Assembly: GCF_937910335.1 (NCBI RefSeq)
Contig: NZ_CALEMX010000207.1
Coordinates: 1-55,521, forward strand
Source: an uncultured Gimesia sp.
GTDB taxonomy: Bacteria; Planctomycetota; Planctomycetia; Planctomycetales; Planctomycetaceae
Reading direction: 5' to 3'
Length of the DNA: 55,521 nt
Shown here: positions 32,048-41,506 of the stretch, piece by piece
Layout of the letters: each line of letters opens with the position of its first letter
Position numbering within the stretch: the stretch's first letter is position 1
Position numbers and translations under genes: made by a program
The notes under the pieces: model-generated
Databases searched by the model: none
What the model was told of the DNA's origin: nothing
Seen by the model: only the letters and a program-made list of their open reading frames with translations

Positions 32048-32224
32048 TTCAGTTCTCCCTGTTATGGTGTCGGCTGAATCAACGTGTTTGTGAGTGCCAG
32101 AATGCGGCACTATTACGTGTTTATTGATTAAAGGCTAATCATACGGTCATGTATTCGCCTTGTCTTGACAAAGAGTCGACAATCGACTTGAAAAAGCGCA
32201 CAATTGGGGAAAGGAGAGATTGCG

Positions 32225-32965
32225 ATGATTCATGAGTTTTTGAGCCAGTTAGATCCGCCGTTTACGGGCGAAGCGTTATTTGACCATCTGACGGATATTG
32301 TATTCTTCATCAAGAATGAACGTGCTGAGTATCTGGTTGTGAATCAGACGCTTGTGGAGCGTTGTGGTGTCCAGGACAAAGGGCAATTAATCGGTCGGAC
32401 GGCGGCTGAAGTGCTGCGGGCTCCATTGGGTACGAGTTTTGAGGCGCAGGACCAAAGTGTTTTGCAGACGGGCATGCCCATTGTGTCACAGTTGGAGTTG
32501 CACATCTATGCTTCCGGGGATGTGGGTTGGTGTCTGACGTGTAAACAGCCTTTGCGAAAACGGAAGACTGGCAAAGTTGTAGGATTGGTGGGTGTTTCCC
32601 AGGACTTGCATGTGCCCGATCTGGAAACCGCAGAGTATCAACACCTGGCGGCTGCGATCTCTTATGCTGAGGAAAACTTGTCTGCGCCACCAACGGTTGA
32701 AGAGCTGGCTGAGATCGCTGAGATGTCTCATTATCAATTGAATCGGCGCATGCGTCATGTATTTGGTCTTACGACCGGTCAATGGCTGTTGAAGCTGCGG
32801 ATTGATCGTGCCCGGCAGACGCTCCGCGAAACGGACACCTTGATTGCGTCGGTTGCCTTGAGTGTCGGCTATTCTGATCAGAGTGCCTTTACGCGCCAGT
32901 TTCGGCGTACGACGGGGATGTCACCTCGCGATTATCAGAAGTCAAATGAATTCCGGAGGGACTAA
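32225..32965 (+). CDS. AraC-family regulator with N-terminal PAS domain
   Basis: PAS-like FFIKN...VNQ...D..V; GYSDQSAFTRQFRRTTGMSP; divergent from the hydroxyproline genes. Confidence 0.92.
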   Translation: MIHEFLSQLDPPFTGEALFDHLTDIVFFIKNERAEYLVVNQTLVERCGVQDKGQLIGRTAAEVLRAPLGTSFEAQDQSVLQTGMPIVSQLELHIYASGDVGWCLTCKQPLRKRKTGKVVGLVGVSQDLHVPDLETAEYQHLAAAISYAEENLSAPPTVEELAEIAEMSHYQLNRRMRHVFGLTTGQWLLKLRIDRARQTLRETDTLIASVALSVGYSDQSAFTRQFRRTTGMSPRDYQKSNEFRRD

Positions 32966-33058
32966 GACAATTGTTGCCCGTTTGCATTATTGTTATTGTG
33001 ATACATGGTTTGAAGATATGAAGTATTCTATTTCACGAGAAGGAATGAGGGAGTATCC

Positions 33059-33601
33059 ATGAGTCGGGCGTTGTTAGTGATCGATGTGCAGAATGAATAT
33101 TTTACGGGGGCATTGCCGATTACCCATCCGGCGGGGCATCTGGAACAGATTTTAAAGGCGATGGATGCTGCGGCGGGTCGGGTGCCTGTGGTTGTGGTGC
33201 AACATCATTTTTCTGATCCGGATAAGCCGTTTTTTCAGAAAGGGACGTCGGGCTGGGAACTGCATCCCGAGGTGGCATCTCGTCCGCATGATCTGTTGGT
33301 TGAGAAAACACTGCCGGGCAGTTTTACCGGGACAGAGCTGGAAACATGGTTGCGCGAGAAAGGTGTGGATACCGTGACCATCGCCGGTTACATGACGCAT
33401 ATGTGTTGTGACACGACGGCCCGACAGGCGGTGCATCTCGGGTTTACCGTGGAATTTTTGAGTGATGCTACGGGTACATTAGCGCTTTCGAATTCTGCAG
33501 GCGATGTGACGGCGGAAGAATTGCAGCGTTCGATTCTGTGTGCGCAACAGATGATGTTGAGCGAAGTGTTGGATGTGCAGAGCTGGATAAAGCGACTGTG
33601 A
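33059..33601 (+). CDS. Isochorismatase-family cysteine hydrolase
   Basis: [17 protein letters not shown] and [13 protein letters not shown]. Confidence 0.92.
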   Translation: MSRALLVIDVQNEYFTGALPITHPAGHLEQILKAMDAAAGRVPVVVVQHHFSDPDKPFFQKGTSGWELHPEVASRPHDLLVEKTLPGSFTGTELETWLREKGVDTVTIAGYMTHMCCDTTARQAVHLGFTVEFLSDATGTLALSNSAGDVTAEELQRSILCAQQMMLSEVLDVQSWIKRL

Positions 33602-33649
33602 AATAGTTCAGAGGTTGTCTGCGGGCTTTGCTTTGAAGAGAGACCGAGC

Positions 33650-34495
33650 ATGACTAAAGTGACTCCTGAAATGGTTCGTTTGAAGTTAAGCCAGCTGGGT
33701 CTGGTTTTGTCTCCCGAGATTAATTATCGGCTGGAGACGATGTTCCCCAGGCTGGACGGGATTTTTTTGGATCGAAAGATCAGGAAAAAGTTCCAGCAGG
33801 TCAAGGAGATCGAACCATTACTGAAGGCGATGTTACTGAAAAATGAGCAAGTGCTGTTTGTTACGAAGGGGAAAATAGAGTATCACGAATCCATAGTGGT
33901 ACTCACTAATTTACGGATGTTATGCATGCCTGTAAATAGTAAGGAAGTTCCCCATCAACCGTTCTGGTTCATCTACTATACGCAGGTTGTTGATCTGAAA
34001 AAAATTGATTCCTTTATCCCCAGAATCCGTCTCAAAGATGGTGGAAAGGTGAGTTTTCAAAGGTTTCAGGATATAGATCGTAAGACAATCAGTTCAGTTT
34101 CTTTGAACGCTGTTAAATTGCTGGAAGAGAAAGGCATTGATCCCTCGGTCTCGCAGTCGAGGGGAAATATGTGTAGTCACTGTTTTGAAGTTGTTGCGAA
34201 ACACGAATTCGAGTGTGATGCCTGCGGAGCCACTTTCTGGGAACCGTTTGAAGTTGGGATCCGCAGTTTAATTTTTCCTTCCTGGGGTGACTTTGCCATG
34301 AAGGACTATGTCATCGCCTATAGTAAGCTTTCCTTCACGGTGTTCATCTGGGTTGGGATCGCATTTGCGCTTGCTAACGGCGAATTTTTCTATGCTGTTC
34401 TGGTGTTTGTTACGACCAATTGTGGCGATGCAGTGTTTACTTACAACAGCGCTATGAATGCTCGGTATTTAAAGCAACTACCAGACAATGATTAG
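33650..34495 (+). CDS. Hypothetical PH-like + zinc-ribbon + membrane protein (paralog of 36169-37059)
   Basis: VVLTNLRML, CSHC...CDACG, FPSWGDF and C-terminal TMs. Confidence 0.8.
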   Translation: MTKVTPEMVRLKLSQLGLVLSPEINYRLETMFPRLDGIFLDRKIRKKFQQVKEIEPLLKAMLLKNEQVLFVTKGKIEYHESIVVLTNLRMLCMPVNSKEVPHQPFWFIYYTQVVDLKKIDSFIPRIRLKDGGKVSFQRFQDIDRKTISSVSLNAVKLLEEKGIDPSVSQSRGNMCSHCFEVVAKHEFECDACGATFWEPFEVGIRSLIFPSWGDFAMKDYVIAYSKLSFTVFIWVGIAFALANGEFFYAVLVFVTTNCGDAVFTYNSAMNARYLKQLPDND

Positions 34496-34563
34496 CTCGA
34501 ATTTGAGTAATGTCTTCGTCTCTGCTGCGTAGGATTTCATTTTCCGCAGTGCAGCGCCGGAAA

Positions 34564-35823
34564 TCAACGTCGATTAATTGCATATTTCTCAACGATGTTT
34601 TCGTTAACTTCGATTCCGAGTCCCGGTCTGGTGGGTACCTTTACGAAGCCGTCCTTTTGCTGGAATGGTTGCTTGACGATTTCTGTGCGCCAGGGATTTT
34701 CTGATTGATCGAGTTCCAGCATCGGGGTATCGGTTGGGAATCCCCAGTGCGGATCAGGCATGAGTGCGAGCGTATGCACTGTGGCGGCAATGAGAATGGC
34801 GCCGCCCCAACAATGGGGGATACAACGTATTCCCGACAAAGCGGCGAGTTCGGAGATAAAGAGTGTTTCGCCGATGCCGCCGCACAGGCTGACGTCCGGT
34901 TGGATGATGTGCATGCATTTTCGATCAATCAGCTCTTTGGCGCTGGCGCGAGAATCGACGGCTTCGCCAGCCGCTAATGGCAACTCAAGTTTTTGTCTTA
35001 ATTCTTCATATCCTGCATAATGGGAACCCTGTGGTAATGGTTCTTCAAAATACTCAAAACCTAACTCTTCTAATTTCTCACCCATGCGCATGGCCGATGA
35101 CAGTGTATAGGCTGCGTTTCCATCGGCCATTAATTTGATATCTGGTCCCACTGCTTTACGGACCGATGCGGCTACAGCTGCTTCGCGTAAAACCGAATAA
35201 CGTCCGATTCTCATTTTCAAAGCTTTAAAACCTTGCCGGACTAATTCTTCCGCCTCGCGGGGGTAATGGTCTTCTGGTTGTGCACCTTCCAGGTAATTCA
35301 TGGCTGAGGCATAAACGGGGACCCGGTCGCGGAGTCTTCCGCCAAATAATTCTGCGACTGGTAAATTCAATGCTTTGCCTCGTATATCGTTGACCGCCAT
35401 GTCGAGTGCGGCGACCGCGAGTGCGTTGCCAAAGTTCGGCCCCCACATCAAACGCCATAGCTTGCGTTGTTCGAGCGGATTTTGGCCGATGAGCCTGGGG
35501 GCGATTTGATTGTCAATCGTGTCACGGGAGCCGCTTACAGGGGCGGTCTCACCCCAACCTGTCAGCCCTGCATCGGTTTCAATTTTTACTAACAGCGTTC
35601 TTCTGAATTCATCAAGGGGAACGGAGACGGAAACGCCGAAGGGTCTTTTTAATTTATGCTTCAGTAAAAAAGTTTTGACGCCTGTGATCTTCAGCTTCGG
35701 CAGGTCTGTCTGCAGATTCGATGCGGCGGCCTGCGCGCTTGAAGGAGTCCCGGCAAAATAACCTGCTGCCAGGATGGCGCCCTTTTGTAATATTTCTCGC
35801 CGATTCGTATGAGAGGCTGGCAT
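34564..35823 (-). CDS. Mandelate racemase/muconate lactonising enzyme family protein with Tat-like signal
   Basis: NRREIL leader; KMRIG, ADGN, FEEP, AAGE, IIQPD, PHCW and PTRPGLG. Confidence 0.9.
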   Translation of the reverse strand: MPASHTNRREILQKGAILAAGYFAGTPSSAQAAASNLQTDLPKLKITGVKTFLLKHKLKRPFGVSVSVPLDEFRRTLLVKIETDAGLTGWGETAPVSGSRDTIDNQIAPRLIGQNPLEQRKLWRLMWGPNFGNALAVAALDMAVNDIRGKALNLPVAELFGGRLRDRVPVYASAMNYLEGAQPEDHYPREAEELVRQGFKALKMRIGRYSVLREAAVAASVRKAVGPDIKLMADGNAAYTLSSAMRMGEKLEELGFEYFEEPLPQGSHYAGYEELRQKLELPLAAGEAVDSRASAKELIDRKCMHIIQPDVSLCGGIGETLFISELAALSGIRCIPHCWGGAILIAATVHTLALMPDPHWGFPTDTPMLELDQSENPWRTEIVKQPFQQKDGFVKVPTRPGLGIEVNENIVEKYAINRR

Positions 35824-36168
35824 GACAACACTCCTTCTAAGATGATTTATTCAATGGCTGATTTGCAGTGAAAGTTCTTTCAGCCGACTTTTACAGATGA
35901 CTAACGAGTGGAATTGATCCGATGTTCGATCGGCAAGTACTTCATTCTAACCATGTGCCTCGCTCTGAGGCCAGCGTGGTGAAACCTCGTTTCCTAATTA
36001 TTACGCTGATGGCAATCTGGAATGAGATAGAGCAAGAAGTCCATCAGCTTATTCTGAGAATTTTTGAAATACATGAAAAAGCGATAATTATTTTGAACTG
36101 TTCAACGGTTCTGGTTATGATGTTTTTTTACACTTCAATGACGCTCTCAAAATCAGGAAGCATGGAAA

Positions 36169-37059
36169 ATGAATGCAGTTGACAGTAACGCGGTTGAAAC
36201 CAGATTAACGGAATTAAATCTTGTTTTGTCTCCCGCTATTAATTATCGACTGGAAACCATGTTTCCCAAGATTACAGGCATGTTTGCGAACGGCGCGATC
36301 AAGAAAAAATTCAAACTGGTGCAACGCATTGAACCATTAATGGAAGAGATGCTGCTGGATAATGAGGAAGTGTTATTCATTTCGAAAGGGAATCAATCCT
36401 CTGTTTCCGAACAGATTTTCATGGGAGTGCTCTGGGCACAAACGATTAATCATACGGTTGTCATCCTTACCAATTTACGGATGTTGTGTATTCGTACGAA
36501 TGGTTCGGGGAAGCCGAAGCGCACGTTCTGGTCGATTTATTATAGTCAGATCAAAGAGCTGAAAAGCACGATTTTCGGGAATGCGAAAATCTGCCTGAAA
36601 GACGGTAAGAATCTGAATTATTCCGGCTTTCCCAAGATTGATCGCAACACCATGCGACAAGTGTTTCTGGATGCTTACCAATTGTTTGAGGAGAAAGGGT
36701 TTGATCCTGAAGTTTCACAATCTCGCGAAAAACTTTGCGGCCATTGTTATGAAGTTGTGCCGAAACACGATTACGAATGTGAAAGTTGCGGGGCTACGTT
36801 CTGGAAGCCAATGGAAATTGGCGTGCGTAGTTTTGTCTTCCCCTCCTGGGGTGATTTTGTGATGAAGCACTACTCGGTTGCGTTTGCAGAGTTTTTTGGT
36901 TTTATGTTTTTACTCTTACTTATTACGATTTCAATCTCTGAAGGCGAGTATGTTTTTGCTGGGATTCTATTTATCATTGCGAATACTTCTGATGCCTTGA
37001 TTACCGCACAAATCGCCGCTAAGGGCTTGCACCTCAAAAGGGTTCCGGAAAAAGTTTAA
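36169..37059 (+). CDS. Hypothetical PH-like + zinc-ribbon + membrane protein
   Basis: LVLSP.INYRLETMFP, VILTNLRML, CGHC...CESCG and FPSWGDF shared with the 33650 gene. Confidence 0.85.
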   Translation: MNAVDSNAVETRLTELNLVLSPAINYRLETMFPKITGMFANGAIKKKFKLVQRIEPLMEEMLLDNEEVLFISKGNQSSVSEQIFMGVLWAQTINHTVVILTNLRMLCIRTNGSGKPKRTFWSIYYSQIKELKSTIFGNAKICLKDGKNLNYSGFPKIDRNTMRQVFLDAYQLFEEKGFDPEVSQSREKLCGHCYEVVPKHDYECESCGATFWKPMEIGVRSFVFPSWGDFVMKHYSVAFAEFFGFMFLLLLITISISEGEYVFAGILFIIANTSDALITAQIAAKGLHLKRVPEKV

Positions 37060-37181
37060 GCAAATGCTTTTTGCTGTTACAGATTGTTGCAGTCTCTTAC
37101 CGAAGCGGGGAGTGTTATGATGGCTAGACTTGTAACGACGGCGATTACTCGAATTTAATTTGGAATCAATTGAGCAAATTT

Positions 37182-37673
37182 ATGGAATTTCGTTTTGAAC
37201 AACTCGTTTCTGTTCCCCGTGAGACGCTGTTCCAGTTTTATGAAAATCCCGATCACTTGAACAATTTACATGCCGATCTTCCTGAATTTCGGTTGCTGCA
37301 TCATGAGTCTTCCATTCGACCCGGTTCGACGGTCTGGGTCGAACAAACGCTTGCCGGCTGTATTCCCATGGTCATGGGGTTCCGTCATATCGTTTATGAA
37401 CCTCCCTGCCTGTTTGGTGAGGAGATGATACACGGCCCTTTTTCACTATTTAATCATATGCATGAATTCGAAGAGGTGGGTGATAAGACTATCGTTCGTG
37501 ATATACTTAATATCAGGCTCGCGTGGCCTTATGGGGGCGAGATTGGAACACGGCTGTTTGCAGCGGGCGCGATTCGTTCCCTGTTCGCGTTTCGCAACCG
37601 TACTTTGCAGCGTATGGCAGGCAGCGGCGAACTGGCAGCTTTAACGGCAGCAGATCAACGGGCAGGAACTTGA
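37182..37673 (+). CDS. SRPBCC (START-like) family protein
   Basis: F.F..NP..L, YEPP..F.EEMIHGPF..F.H.HEF and F.FR pattern. Confidence 0.8.
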   Translation: MEFRFEQLVSVPRETLFQFYENPDHLNNLHADLPEFRLLHHESSIRPGSTVWVEQTLAGCIPMVMGFRHIVYEPPCLFGEEMIHGPFSLFNHMHEFEEVGDKTIVRDILNIRLAWPYGGEIGTRLFAAGAIRSLFAFRNRTLQRMAGSGELAALTAADQRAGT

Positions 37674-37676
37674 TCA

Positions 37677-38240
37677 ATGGAAGTGGCAACCTATCTTTTA
37701 TTCGTTCTTGGCTGTTTGGGAGCCACTGATATTGCCGTTTATCATAGTTTTGCGCATGGGATTCGGTCGAATCCGGATTCTCGTTTCGAACTGATTGTGC
37801 ATAGCTTGCGTGGTCCTACTTATGCACTCCTGTTTTTGTTGATACCGAATGTAACGCTGCATGGAATTTACTTCTGGTGTCTGATTGCTCTGTTTGTGAT
37901 TGATGTCGGGATTTCGATTGTTGACTTCGCATTGGAAAGAGAGAGTCGTCGTTTTCTGGGCGGTCTGCCGAGTGGTGAGTATGTTTTACATATCATCATG
38001 GGAATGTTATTCGGGGCGCTGGTAACGGCAGTCTGTTTCGGCGCTTTGGAATGGCGGGATCTGCCAACTCAAATAGCGTATGCCCCCGCCTCAGTGCCGG
38101 ATTTATTACGTCTGGTGATGGTCGTGATGGCGGCGCTGGTTTTGATTTCTGGAATCCAGGATGCGGTTGCCGCCTGTCGATTGACAGGTCAATCAGTGCG
38201 AGGGGATCAATTTTCTCATTCAAACGGAGCAAAACAGTAA
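37677..38240 (+). CDS. Hypothetical membrane protein with His/Glu/Asp motifs
   Basis: About five TMs; D.AVYH..AH, ELIVH, DF..E..SR and LP.GE..LH. Confidence 0.82.
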   Translation: MEVATYLLFVLGCLGATDIAVYHSFAHGIRSNPDSRFELIVHSLRGPTYALLFLLIPNVTLHGIYFWCLIALFVIDVGISIVDFALERESRRFLGGLPSGEYVLHIIMGMLFGALVTAVCFGALEWRDLPTQIAYAPASVPDLLRLVMVVMAALVLISGIQDAVAACRLTGQSVRGDQFSHSNGAKQ

Positions 38241-38611
38241 TGGGAATGTATCATGTCTTCTGGCAAGTCTCGCCGTGGCTGATATTCCTGGTGGGGTGCG
38301 CTGCTTTGTATTTGATTATGACCTGGCCTGCAGTGAACGGAAAATGGTGGCTGGTGGTTTCGATGTCTTTGATATTATTGACCGAAGCGTTTTCTCATCT
38401 GCTCCCTTACTTAGTTAATCATTCCGGAATCGATGAAGGCGGGAATATGTTGATGGGACCTGACGAATATTCGCATTTCTGGAAATACGGGATGATTCTG
38501 GCTTCGCTATCAATGTTTGGTAAGCTGTTATTTATAGTGGCTGTGTTTCAGTTGCGTACTCAGTTGAGAAAAATTCTGGTGCGTTTTTCTCCTGATAGCG
38601 ATGTGAGGTAA
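38240..38611 (+). CDS. Hypothetical small membrane protein (WPA family, copy 1)
   Basis: TAATG coupling to the upstream gene; three hydrophobic segments. Confidence 0.7.
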   Translation: MGMYHVFWQVSPWLIFLVGCAALYLIMTWPAVNGKWWLVVSMSLILLTEAFSHLLPYLVNHSGIDEGGNMLMGPDEYSHFWKYGMILASLSMFGKLLFIVAVFQLRTQLRKILVRFSPDSDVR

Positions 38612-38681
38612 AACCTATGCAGCGAATTCAACCTGTTTTATTCCACAACAAATTTATCATTCTTTTATTGAAAGTGAATTA

Positions 38682-39041
38682 ATGGGTTATATTCAAATTT
38701 TCTACACTATCAACGGGTTTGTGATCGCGATGATCGCGGTTGCGATGTTGGTGATCGTTCTCAGGTGGCCTGCAAACAAAGCTCAGACCTGGTTCATTCT
38801 ATTTCTGCTGATCGCTGTTTTAACAGGGCTCTATTATTGTGGCCTGCATTTGATGTATCATTTTGCGGATGGAGATTTCTTGGAGAAGTTTCGAGAGTCG
38901 ATAAATCAATTGAACATTCTGATTTCTTCTATCAGGACGTTGGGTTATGTTTTCCTCATGATTGGCCTGATTCAGTCAGGGAAACTGTTTCGTGAATCCA
39001 AACGGAAAACGCCTACGGAAATCGAGCTTTGGGAAAATTAA
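38682..39041 (+). CDS. Hypothetical small membrane protein (WPA family, copy 2)
   Basis: Three hydrophobic segments; same WPA.....W spacing as the previous gene. Confidence 0.72.
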   Translation: MGYIQIFYTINGFVIAMIAVAMLVIVLRWPANKAQTWFILFLLIAVLTGLYYCGLHLMYHFADGDFLEKFRESINQLNILISSIRTLGYVFLMIGLIQSGKLFRESKRKTPTEIELWEN

Positions 39042-39123
39042 ACTGCATTCGAGATCAGGATTGATGTCAAACTTATATCATAAGTACCGATATGGTGGGC
39101 GTTCGATGAGGGAGGTAAAACCT

Positions 39124-39360
39124 ATGCAGCAAATCGATCTGATTGTGCTTGTTGCAATCGTACTTTTTTTGCTGGTGATGCCTTTTGTTATCAAGGGGTG
39201 TCTGGCAGACCTGTATCGTCATAAAGAGGGTTCGGGTGGGAAATCGGGAGTGATGGCCGGGATGATGCTGGAGATGGATCGCATTGTGAACCCCGCGGGT
39301 GCTCATGTGAGTGAGGCGAAAGAAGTGGAAACTCGTGAAGATGAAGTGGGAGGGGATTAG
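39124..39360 (+). CDS. Hypothetical small single-TM protein
   Basis: GGAGG RBS, MQQIDLIVLVAIVLFLLVMPFVIK; acidic tail. Confidence 0.7.
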   Translation: MQQIDLIVLVAIVLFLLVMPFVIKGCLADLYRHKEGSGGKSGVMAGMMLEMDRIVNPAGAHVSEAKEVETREDEVGGD

Positions 39361-39426
39361 ATACTGCAAATCAAAATTCCAAAGTGGAAGCGCAATTTGT
39401 GAGTGGAACAAGGTTCGGCAATAAGA

Positions 39427-40059
39427 ATGAATTCTAAAGACCGGCTGATTTATGTGTTGTATGCGGTTTCTGCGATTGGTTTGATGCCGTTCGCGCAGTG
39501 GGGTGTGCTGGCGAAGTATGGCAGTGGTTTCTTTTTCGTGTTTACGATGTTTTATCTATTTTTGTTTCTGGCTGCTGTTCTGTCATTGCCGGTGTTGCTG
39601 GTACGTGTTTGCTTCAAACGGTATCGCACTCGGGCCCTGCCCTGGTTACTGCTCGCCCTGTTTTATCTTCCTTGTTATGTGGTGGGTAGTTATCTGGAAG
39701 ATCAAGTCTGGGTGTCAGGGTGGGAAGCGTTCACCGAACGGAGTTTGCCTTTGACCCAGGCGATTAAGGCATATGAACGCGATCACAGCGCGCCGCCAAA
39801 GAGACTGGATGATCTAGTGCCCGATTACCTGTCCGTTGTTCCGGATACGGGCATCAGAGCATGCCCGGAGTTTCATTATCATTCGGACTCGCCAACCAGA
39901 AATGAATACGATGGGAATCCGTGGGCCATTTCCGTGTGGACACCTTGTATTGGAGTTGGCTTCGATCAGATGCTGTATTTTCCGAAGCAGAACTATCCCA
40001 AACGCGGCTATGGTGGATGGCTGGAACCGGTGAAGGATTGGGCCTATGTGCATGAGTAA
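39427..40059 (+). CDS. Hypothetical membrane protein with type II secretion/pilin-like P..LDDLVPDYL motif
   Basis: Three TMs, then AI.AY..DH..PP..LDDLVPDYL and C-terminal W.Y.HE. Confidence 0.75.
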   Translation: MNSKDRLIYVLYAVSAIGLMPFAQWGVLAKYGSGFFFVFTMFYLFLFLAAVLSLPVLLVRVCFKRYRTRALPWLLLALFYLPCYVVGSYLEDQVWVSGWEAFTERSLPLTQAIKAYERDHSAPPKRLDDLVPDYLSVVPDTGIRACPEFHYHSDSPTRNEYDGNPWAISVWTPCIGVGFDQMLYFPKQNYPKRGYGGWLEPVKDWAYVHE

Positions 40060-40309
40060 AGGATGTAGGAGTGAATTGAAATAGAGCGGTACTCCAAAGT
40101 GGAGTGGTCGATATTCTACTTGACCTTTCAAAAAAAAGGCCTGGTACTACACGATTGTGTAATGGGTTGGTATGTTGACTTGTGTATGAATTTGCATGTA
40201 GATTAATAGAACCGATTGGCTTGCTTGTTTCTACTGAATCTGGCAGAGAACAGGCATGCAATCAGGATTTACAATTTCCAGAGAATCTCAGCAGAAGAAC
40301 GACATCAAG

Positions 40310-40756
40310 ATGGATGAAGAAGAAGAACTGTCAAAACTAAAATGGATTCTGATTGCAGGAATCGCTTTTTTGGTATCGGGGTATCTGTCATTTCAGGAAC
40401 TTAAATTTGCTGTGTGGGGTACTACTGCAGAAGCCGAAGTGGCACGCACATTTGAAACCAGAAATTCTCGAAAGGGTGGTAGCCTACTTGCTGTGGAATA
40501 TACGTTTACAGACAAAGAGGGGAAGCATCACAGTGAACGTGACGATGTCCCCAGCAGTTGGCCGACTCCCGGACCGAAAGTAAACATTCAATATTTGCCC
40601 GGCGTCGAGGATTCATCTCGTCTCGAAGGACACTCCAGTAAAGTAGCGGTGTGGATCTTTCTCGGTTGTTGTGCCTGGCTGTGTTATGCCGGGTTCCAGT
40701 TGTATCAGCTTGCAAGTGAAGCGGTAGACGGACCGCCTCGGCGAAGAAAAAGATGA
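40310..40756 (+). CDS. Hypothetical two-TM protein (DUF3592-like)
   Basis: TM - beta-rich VEYTFTD.EG...V.IQYLP - TM architecture. Confidence 0.72.
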   Translation: MDEEEELSKLKWILIAGIAFLVSGYLSFQELKFAVWGTTAEAEVARTFETRNSRKGGSLLAVEYTFTDKEGKHHSERDDVPSSWPTPGPKVNIQYLPGVEDSSRLEGHSSKVAVWIFLGCCAWLCYAGFQLYQLASEAVDGPPRRRKR

Positions 40757-40840
40757 TCACAGCAGTGCGCGAACAGGAATAAGAGTAATAAAACACTATC
40801 GAAAGCTGATCAGATCTCTGTGTCGAATTAGGATACTCAT

Positions 40841-41419
40841 ATGGCGCAACGCAAACGGGATACCTCACTGGGTGAAGGAGTCTATTATGCTCCCGGTGAT
40901 TATATCGGGATCTGGCGTCGCATCGTCATTCTCGTCGTTGATCTTGTAGTGCTGTATGCCATCTATTATTCATCTGCGTCTCTCTGCATTGCTTTGACGA
41001 ATGATCTTACCGATACGTATTTTCTCTATTATTATCTTTTTGTGTGGGCCTATCTTACGATTCTCAAAGCTTCGAAATTGCGAACCGCAGGTTATTGGCT
41101 TGCCAATGCGCGGATTGTCAATCTGCGTGGAAAGAGGCCCTCCGTTTTTCGTATGACATATCGTCTGTTGTTTTGGTTAGTCGGTCCCTTTGTTTTCATA
41201 TTTGATCTGATGTGGGTCGCTACAGATGATGATCGACAGACATTACGCGATCGATTTGCTGGTACCTGCGTAATCAAAAACAATGCAGAATCAATGGGGA
41301 CCGCTGAAATTCATATGACTTACTATAGTGCGTTAGGTTATAATCTGATGTATCCGCGTGTGACGCGAATCAAATCTGATGAAGGCAAACCAGTCATAGA
41401 GGAAAGTGAAGCGCACTAA
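40841..41419 (+). CDS. RDD family membrane protein
   Basis: GIWRR...VVD, RT.GY and RQTLRDRFAGTCVI. Confidence 0.85.
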   Translation: MAQRKRDTSLGEGVYYAPGDYIGIWRRIVILVVDLVVLYAIYYSSASLCIALTNDLTDTYFLYYYLFVWAYLTILKASKLRTAGYWLANARIVNLRGKRPSVFRMTYRLLFWLVGPFVFIFDLMWVATDDDRQTLRDRFAGTCVIKNNAESMGTAEIHMTYYSALGYNLMYPRVTRIKSDEGKPVIEESEAH

Positions 41420-41506
41420 ACACTGGTGATTAAAACGGGGCTCCTGTTTCCATCTGATCGTTTTGAAAAGAGTCATGGCATTACATTTACCGGTTGGAGT
41501 TAGTTT

